Source: an uncultured Dehalococcoidia bacterium (lineage in GTDB: Bacteria > Chloroflexota > Dehalococcoidia > Bin125). Taken from it: a stretch of DNA of 36,661 nt. The notes beneath the pieces were generated by a model, which saw only the letters and a program-made list of their open reading frames with translations, was not told the DNA's origin and ran no database searches. Position numbers and translations under genes: made by a program. The stretch lies in the NCBI GenBank assembly GCA_964655365.1, contig CAZZMQ010000003.1, positions 10,750 to 47,410 on the forward strand, in the 5' to 3' direction. Positions 31,422-36,661 of the stretch are shown piece after piece. How positions within the stretch are numbered: position 1 is the stretch's first letter; every line of letters begins with the position of its first letter.

Positions 31422-34400
31422 TCACTGCGTCAGCGTCCGATACAGCGTAGGTAAGCGACGCGGCAACGCTTCGATGTCGGCTACCACTTCGTATCCCATA
31501 TCAGTGCACATCTGCTGCAAGTAGTCGTGTCCGGCACGATCCACGGTCAGAGCGAACGGCGTCATACCCTCGCGCCGCGCCTCAGTCAGCGCCATCTTGG
31601 TGTCATGGATAGCGTATTCCTTCTCCGTGCGATCACGCCCGTAGCCATGGTCCTGCGGACGCCCATCGGAGATCAACACAAGGATCTTAATCTTCGCACC
31701 AGTGTCCTTCAGCTTCGCAATGGTATGCCGGATCGCCGGACCCATCCGAGTCGAACGCACCGGGCTGATCTTATCGACACGTTTTTTGATCTTATCGTCA
31801 AAGACTTCGTCCGTATCTTTGATCACATAAAACTCATAATTGTCGCGCCCATATCCGCTGAATCCGTAGACGCCGTAGGTATCACCGATCGTCTCCAACG
31901 CCTCAATCAGCAGAACCACAGCCTCTTTCTCAAGGTCGATGATGCGCTTGCCAGGATTCTTCGCCTCTTGCGCGCGCCGCTGCGCCCACCAACTCAAGTA
32001 CTTGCGTGGGTCATCATCGAACTGGTCGTCGTCGCCAGCTCTGTGCTGGGTTTTCTGGATCTCTTCGTCAGTTGAGGCCGACATATCTAGCAGGAACGCC
32101 ACTGCGACATCTCGATCGACCTTGTTGCGGCGGTAGAATAACTTCTGCTCCGACGTCGCCCCAGCGATGCGCTCTACATACCACTCAATCACCGCATCCA
32201 GATCGAAATCTTCACCGTCAGGCAGGCGCTTGATCTTGCGGAACATCTCCGGCCGCAAAAGCTCGAACTGCTTGCGCGTCTCACGCACCAGCGCAGAGTT
32301 CGCGCGCAGCGTTTCGTCGTAGTAGTCGATCGCACCGGTGTCGATCCGCTGCTCTTGTACTCGGCACCACCGTGGCTTGTAGTCGTTGGCGCGGAAATCC
32401 CACTCGTCGTAGAAGAAAGATTCCGGTTCTTCCGCCAGCGGACTGTCGTCTTCTTCCCCACCAATCTCCTCGCCGGACTGCTTCTGCTGAGCTTGCTGGG
32501 CAGCCTGCTGTGCCGCTTCAACTTCCTTCATCAAGTTGTCGAGGAACATACCGGATGAGTCAGCCAATTCCCCGTCCATCATCTCGTTGATCGAGATCTC
32601 CACGCTCTTCTCCAGCAGCTCCTGCAGCTGCTCCTTGGTCAGCGGTACCGGCGGCTGATCGCCGGTTCCTTCCTGTGCCTTGAGCTTCATTAGCAATTGC
32701 ACAAGTTCGGGCTTGAAGTCACCCCGGAAGTCAACTGGGTCCGGACTCTCGTAGGGCTGCTCCTGACTACCCGGTTGGGCCGGCATCGACGACTCTTCCA
32801 TGGAGTCGCCACCCTGCATACCAGGCATCATCTCGCCATCCTCGTCCTCACCCTGCATCTGCTGCGGCAGGTCGAGGTCGTCCCAGTCGGGGGAATCGAG
32901 TTCCACGTTCGGCACTCGCGACAACCAGCGATAAAGCTGCAGTGTCGCTTCGGCCGAGTCCTCAACCGTCGCCGCCGTGCCACGAATCTGGTCGAGCACG
33001 CCGAGCGGCTCATTCATCAGTGGCGCCAGTTCACGCGGCCAACGAATCGCCGAGCGGGCGTCCAGGCTGGCGCGCAGAAGGTTCTCCACCATCGCCTCGC
33101 GCGCCGGCATCTCATCTACCGGCCTCCGCTGCTCCATCGCCTCGTCCTGTAGGCGCTGCAGCGACCTACGAATCCCAGCATATTCCCGCTTCACCGTCGT
33201 ATCGATTCGAGTGTCCTCCACGATAGTGAATAGATCGTGCGCAAGTTTGCGATCCTCGAACAGGTCGAAGAAGCGCTCCATCTCGGTAATCGGCTCAGTA
33301 GAAGTTTCTTCGCCTTCGTCCGTGACCACCCCACCCTTCGCGTCGCCATCCCCCTTCCGTGGTGGAAGCACTGGCTGACTTTTGTGACGCTGCTCATCGC
33401 TGAAGACGCCGCCGGGCGCATCGAAATCGAAACTGAAGGACCCGAATTCCAACCGTGCCGCCTGATGCGTCGCGAAGACTTTGTAGACGGCGAAGTTGTC
33501 GTCCTTGCTCTGGTATTTTTCCACCATCGGCGGCAGGTAGATTGCGGTGCCCTCAGTCGTGGGTGCCGCCTCGTTGACCCAGCCAACGCCCTTCTCGGTC
33601 AGGTTCTCGACGGTTTGCACCGAAACGTCGTGACCCGTCAGCGCCTTGGCATACATCCGGATCAGCTCACTGACCCGGTCCAGCTCGACCCGAGACGAAA
33701 GCGACTCGATGATCTCCTCACCCTTCGACGACTCGAGGCGGAAGAACGCCTCTCCGCCATCGACGCTCTGGCTGAGGATCTCGATCCCCTTCTCGAGGCA
33801 TACATCGAAGGGGACCGGACTCGGGTTTCGCAGGACCGAGGGGCTCGCCTTAACAAATTCCATGGCGGCGATGCCAGACTGTGGCACAATTCCCTCGGCC
33901 AGCTCCAACAGCTCGCGATGGGAATCCTTCTCGACTTCGGCCAAGGCAGATGCCGCTTCCATGAAATAAGGATGCCCCAAGCGGCCCACATTGAGCGCCA
34001 CACGCCCCGCTAACGCCAGGTAGCGCGCTCGCTGCTGCGAGTGCACCTGGCGCACAAGCGACGGACCACGCTCGAAGTAGACCCGGGCGTCGACCCATGC
34101 GGTGTTGGCGACAACGGAGCCGAACTCCAAGAACGGCGCTCGGTCCGGCCGATCGAGCTGCTCCAAGACCTTGGGCGACATCGTCAGACAAGCGCTGGCC
34201 AACTCGTAGGAGTGGCTGGCCAATGAGTCGATCACCTCGACGAGAAGACGCATCTGGCTCAGCGGCAACTGAGGCAACACCTGTGGGCTGACTTCGAAGT
34301 ACTGCGCCGCTAGCGATCCCGATTTCCAGGTCCCCTTATAGAGCGAGCGACCCTGTTCGCCCCAGTCGCTAGCCTGCGTTACCGAAAGGTAGTCGAGTGC

Positions 34401-34730
34401 CTCCGGACTGGAGCGGAAGTACGATCCTGCCAGAGCGGGCGATGCTTCCAGCAATTCTTCCCCGGTCCCTATCCACTCTCGGAAGCGCTGGTACGTAAGC
34501 CGGGTCAGCATCGCGGGACTGGCACGGAAGTACTCGCTAGCCGCCTCCCAGGAGCGCAAGGAATGACGCGCAACCCCTACACCTGCCCCGGCCCAGCCAT
34601 CCAACTCCTGGTCGGAGAGCACTTCGCTGAGGCTGCCACGGGCGGTCTCAAACTCTTGAAGCAAAGCCGGCGGAAAGGCCCGCAATGCCTCACGCGTCTG
34701 GCTCAGCTGTTCACTCTGGGAATCTGCCAT
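31422..34730 (-). CDS. NorD/CbbO-family von Willebrand factor A protein, long form (1102 aa) with an N-terminal 37-aa repeat array
   Basis: The C-terminal vWA domain (about 31425-32111) has intact MIDAS elements (VAFLLDMSASTD ... GFSGYG ... LISDGRPQD). The central region has NorD/CbbO-type segments (TAIYLPP, LFTIVEDTRID, FFYDEWDF). It lies downstream of a CbbQ/NorQ ATPase in the same operon. Confidence 0.85.
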   Translation of the reverse strand: MADSQSEQLSQTREALRAFPPALLQEFETARGSLSEVLSDQELDGWAGAGVGVARHSLRSWEAASEYFRASPAMLTRLTYQRFREWIGTGEELLEASPALAGSYFRSSPEALDYLSVTQASDWGEQGRSLYKGTWKSGSLAAQYFEVSPQVLPQLPLSQMRLLVEVIDSLASHSYELASACLTMSPKVLEQLDRPDRAPFLEFGSVVANTAWVDARVYFERGPSLVRQVHSQQRARYLALAGRVALNVGRLGHPYFMEAASALAEVEKDSHRELLELAEGIVPQSGIAAMEFVKASPSVLRNPSPVPFDVCLEKGIEILSQSVDGGEAFFRLESSKGEEIIESLSSRVELDRVSELIRMYAKALTGHDVSVQTVENLTEKGVGWVNEAAPTTEGTAIYLPPMVEKYQSKDDNFAVYKVFATHQAARLEFGSFSFDFDAPGGVFSDEQRHKSQPVLPPRKGDGDAKGGVVTDEGEETSTEPITEMERFFDLFEDRKLAHDLFTIVEDTRIDTTVKREYAGIRRSLQRLQDEAMEQRRPVDEMPAREAMVENLLRASLDARSAIRWPRELAPLMNEPLGVLDQIRGTAATVEDSAEATLQLYRWLSRVPNVELDSPDWDDLDLPQQMQGEDEDGEMMPGMQGGDSMEESSMPAQPGSQEQPYESPDPVDFRGDFKPELVQLLMKLKAQEGTGDQPPVPLTKEQLQELLEKSVEISINEMMDGELADSSGMFLDNLMKEVEAAQQAAQQAQQKQSGEEIGGEEDDSPLAEEPESFFYDEWDFRANDYKPRWCRVQEQRIDTGAIDYYDETLRANSALVRETRKQFELLRPEMFRKIKRLPDGEDFDLDAVIEWYVERIAGATSEQKLFYRRNKVDRDVAVAFLLDMSASTDEEIQKTQHRAGDDDQFDDDPRKYLSWWAQRRAQEAKNPGKRIIDLEKEAVVLLIEALETIGDTYGVYGFSGYGRDNYEFYVIKDTDEVFDDKIKKRVDKISPVRSTRMGPAIRHTIAKLKDTGAKIKILVLISDGRPQDHGYGRDRTEKEYAIHDTKMALTEARREGMTPFALTVDRAGHDYLQQMCTDMGYEVVADIEALPRRLPTLYRTLTQ
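33636..34553 (-). repeat. Coding tandem repeat: about 8 degenerate 37-residue units (one of 40) in the N-terminus of the vWA protein
   Basis: The motif a-x-[YF]-F-x-x-[SG]-P-x-x-L recurs with its aromatic pair at residues 67, 104, 144, 181 (degenerate CL), 218, 255, 292 and 329. That is a spacing of 37, 40, 37, 37, 37, 37, 37, counted by hand. Confidence 0.7.
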
Positions 34731-34767
34731 CGCTCGTTATCCCGCCATCAGTCTGCGTCCGGCTCTT

Positions 34768-35379
34768 TTAGCTCTCGTCTGTCGTAGCAGGGCGGGCAGG
34801 GTCCGGAAAATTTCCGAATGTCACCGCCTCCGTCTGCGTGTCCAACACAGCATACGAAACCTGAAAGTCGTTTCCGGGATCGCGCGGCTCACCGGTGGAA
34901 CCGGGGTTGATAATCAACGCGCCGTCTACACGGGTCTCGAGTTGATGGTGCGTGTGCCCGTAGATCAAGATGTCTGCATCCTCGTCCGCCAGCCGCTGCA
35001 GATCCGGGCTGCTCGGGTATAGATAATCCCGGTACGGCTCCCATGGTGTGGCATGGAAGATCAGCAACCTTTTACCGTCAACGGTCGTGCGCAGATAATG
35101 CGGCTTCTCCCGCGTCCACTCCAACAAGTCTTGATCGACCTTCTCGGATTGCTGAGCCCGGATCCCGGCCGGGCTCAGCAAAATATCCTCGTGGTTGCCG
35201 AGCACGTACCGGGCACCACACTCCCGCAGACGTTTCGCCACAGGATTGGAGAAGCGGAATTGGTAGCAGGCATCGCCAGCACAGATCAGTTCGTCGATGG
35301 CACCCATTTCCTCTAGCGCCTGATCCAATGCCTGGATGTTGTCATGAATGTCCGAGACGATGCCTAGCCGCACCGCCAC
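34768..35379 (-). CDS. Metallophosphoesterase (YfcE/MJ0936-like calcineurin-fold phosphodiesterase)
   Basis: All metallophosphoesterase motifs are present: SDIHDN (DxH), AGDA (GD), GNHED (GNHD/E), FHATP (H), GHTHH (GH), and PGSTG. 203 aa, GTG start. Confidence 0.85.
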   Translation of the reverse strand: MAVRLGIVSDIHDNIQALDQALEEMGAIDELICAGDACYQFRFSNPVAKRLRECGARYVLGNHEDILLSPAGIRAQQSEKVDQDLLEWTREKPHYLRTTVDGKRLLIFHATPWEPYRDYLYPSSPDLQRLADEDADILIYGHTHHQLETRVDGALIINPGSTGEPRDPGNDFQVSYAVLDTQTEAVTFGNFPDPARPATTDES

Positions 35380-35437
35380 CCCCTCGGACGCCGGGCGAAG
35401 CCCCGGCCGCTACGCAGAGCCACAGCCAACACGCGGC

Positions 35438-36322
35438 CTAGTCCTCAAAGATTGATGTGACGACTTCTTCGATGCTGCGCTGCACCTCAGTATCGTCGGT
35501 CAGAGCCCACGCGATCGCCACCTGGCAGGCCCGGCGTGGCGACGTGCCGCTGTTGATTAGCTTCCCCGCATAGATCAGCAACCGCGTACTGGCGCCCTCG
35601 CTAAGCCCGTGCTCACGCAAGTTGCGCACCTTTTCTCCCAGCCGCGCCAGATCCAATGCGATCGAAGGATCCACGCCCGACTCGTGCGCAACGATGTCCG
35701 CCTCCGTCTCGCGCGGGGGATACCCGAACTCTATCGAGATGAACCGCTGACGCGTTGAGTGTTTGAGGTCCTTCAGTGCGCTCTGGTAGCCCGGGTTGAA
35801 CGAGATCACCAGCAAGAAACCATCGCGCGCCTGCAGCAATTGCGACTTCTTCTCCACCGGCAGGATGCGGCGGTGGTCAGTCAGGGGGTGGATCAAAACC
35901 GTCGTGTCTTTGCGTGCCTCAACAACCTCGTCGAGATAGCAAATTGCACCGGCCTTGACCGCACGCGTCAGCGGCCCGTCGATCCATACCGTCTCCTGTC
36001 CTTCGAGCAGGTAGCGACCAACCAAGTCAGACGCGGTCAGATCTTCGTGGCAAGCCACGGTCACCAGTGGAAGGTTGGTTTCCTCCTCCACACCATCGTT
36101 GCCCTCCACAAAGCGGTTGAGGTGATAGGCCATATGCTCTACAAAACGAGTCTTGCCACACCCGGTCGGTCCCTTCAACAACACCGGAATCTTGGCCTCC
36201 CAAGCTGCCTGGAAGATCTCGATCTCGTCGTTGACGGGAACGTAGTAGGGCTCTTCCTCAGCCCGGTACTCCTCCACCGCCCAAGAGCGATATTCGGTCT
36301 GCGGTCCCGTCGCGGTCGTCAT
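35438..36322 (-). CDS. CbbQ/NirQ/NorQ/GvpN-family AAA+ ATPase
   Basis: Walker [19 protein letters not shown], Walker [14 protein letters not shown], and a C-terminal CbbQ_C-like helix bundle ([15 protein letters not shown]...[13 protein letters not shown]). 294 aa. Confidence 0.92.
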   Translation of the reverse strand: MTTATGPQTEYRSWAVEEYRAEEEPYYVPVNDEIEIFQAAWEAKIPVLLKGPTGCGKTRFVEHMAYHLNRFVEGNDGVEEETNLPLVTVACHEDLTASDLVGRYLLEGQETVWIDGPLTRAVKAGAICYLDEVVEARKDTTVLIHPLTDHRRILPVEKKSQLLQARDGFLLVISFNPGYQSALKDLKHSTRQRFISIEFGYPPRETEADIVAHESGVDPSIALDLARLGEKVRNLREHGLSEGASTRLLIYAGKLINSGTSPRRACQVAIAWALTDDTEVQRSIEEVVTSIFED

Positions 36323-36350
36323 GATTGGTCCTCTACCCGGCTCGACCCAA

Positions 36351-36661
36351 TTAGGTGCCGGCGCTGATTCGCTGCTGTAGTTCGTCCCACACTTCGTGAA
36401 CGCGGCCGGCCACCTCTTCCAGGGAGCAATCGGTACTGATCACAAGGTCGGCGTGTTCGATCCGCTCATCATTCGATATCTGGGAGTTTATCCGGTTGCC
36501 CGCATCCTCCGCGCTCAGCCCGTTACGTTCCATCAGTCGCTCCCGTGCAACATCCGGTGGCACCGTCACAACCCACACCTCGTCGACCAGATTCTGCCAG
36601 CCAGCCTCAATCATCACGGCCGCCTCCAGCACTGCAACGGCTGCCCCCTCCGCGTCCAGCC
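36351..36661 (-). CDS. coaE: Dephospho-CoA kinase, C-terminal part (gene continues beyond the window end)
   Basis: LLIEAG-type segment ([47 protein letters not shown]), typical of the CoaE lid and C-terminus. The reading frame stays open to position 36661. Confidence 0.8.
   Translation of the reverse strand, partial: LDAEGAAVAVLEAAVMIEAGWQNLVDEVWVVTVPPDVARERLMERNGLSAEDAGNRINSQISNDERIEHADLVISTDCSLEEVAGRVHEVWDELQQRISAGT

Noticed and set aside
31422-36322. Annotating the Q/O pair as Rubisco activase (CbbQ/CbbO) or NO-reductase activation proteins (NorQ/NorD)
   Set aside because: No cbbL/cbbS/cbbM, norB/norC or carboxysome genes are in the window. Family membership does not establish the client, so I kept the names at family level.
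33237-36367. Plus-strand ORFs 33237-34013 (258 aa) and 35759-36367 (202 aa)
   Set aside because: They run antisense to the NorD-like and CbbQ genes. They have no motifs and are rich in Arg, Leu and Asp, as expected for GC-rich antisense frames.

Overview
GC-rich bacterial chromosomal window: about 63% GC in a coding line I hand-counted, against 43-45% in two lines of the 7.3-8.2 kb spacer. I can support 35 protein-coding genes or fragments. I recognise no rRNA, tRNA, CRISPR array, transposase or integrase. All calls come from reading the translated ORFs and sequence motifs; no searches were run.

The left two-thirds is core housekeeping:
- tsaB-tsaE
- a D-2-hydroxyacid dehydrogenase
- gyrA
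- an orphan protein
- an aldo/keto reductase
- rex
- mreB
- murA
- a complete F1Fo ATP synthase operon on the minus strand (AtpI/Z-like, atpB, E, F, H, A, G, D, C)
- a DUF151 nuclease
- an MFS transporter plus a decayed paralog remnant
- DUF951
- pyrF
- comB

Two oddities sit inside the atp operon. A HAD phosphatase gene is wedged between atpG and atpD. atpB carries a roughly 250-aa strongly acidic insertion that doubles the size of subunit a.

The right third (24.6-36.3 kb) holds two separate MoxR-class AAA+ modules on the minus strand, flanking cinA and an MBL hydrolase:
1. MoxR, then DUF58, then a multi-TM DUF4129 protein. The DUF58 gene is cut by an in-frame TAG.
2. A CbbQ/NorQ ATPase, then a YfcE-type metallophosphoesterase, then a 1102-aa NorD/CbbO-type vWA protein. 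The N-terminus of that vWA protein is an array of about 8 tandem 37-aa repeats.

Module 2 has no Rubisco, NO-reductase or other known client gene in view. It is my best candidate for an undescribed system.
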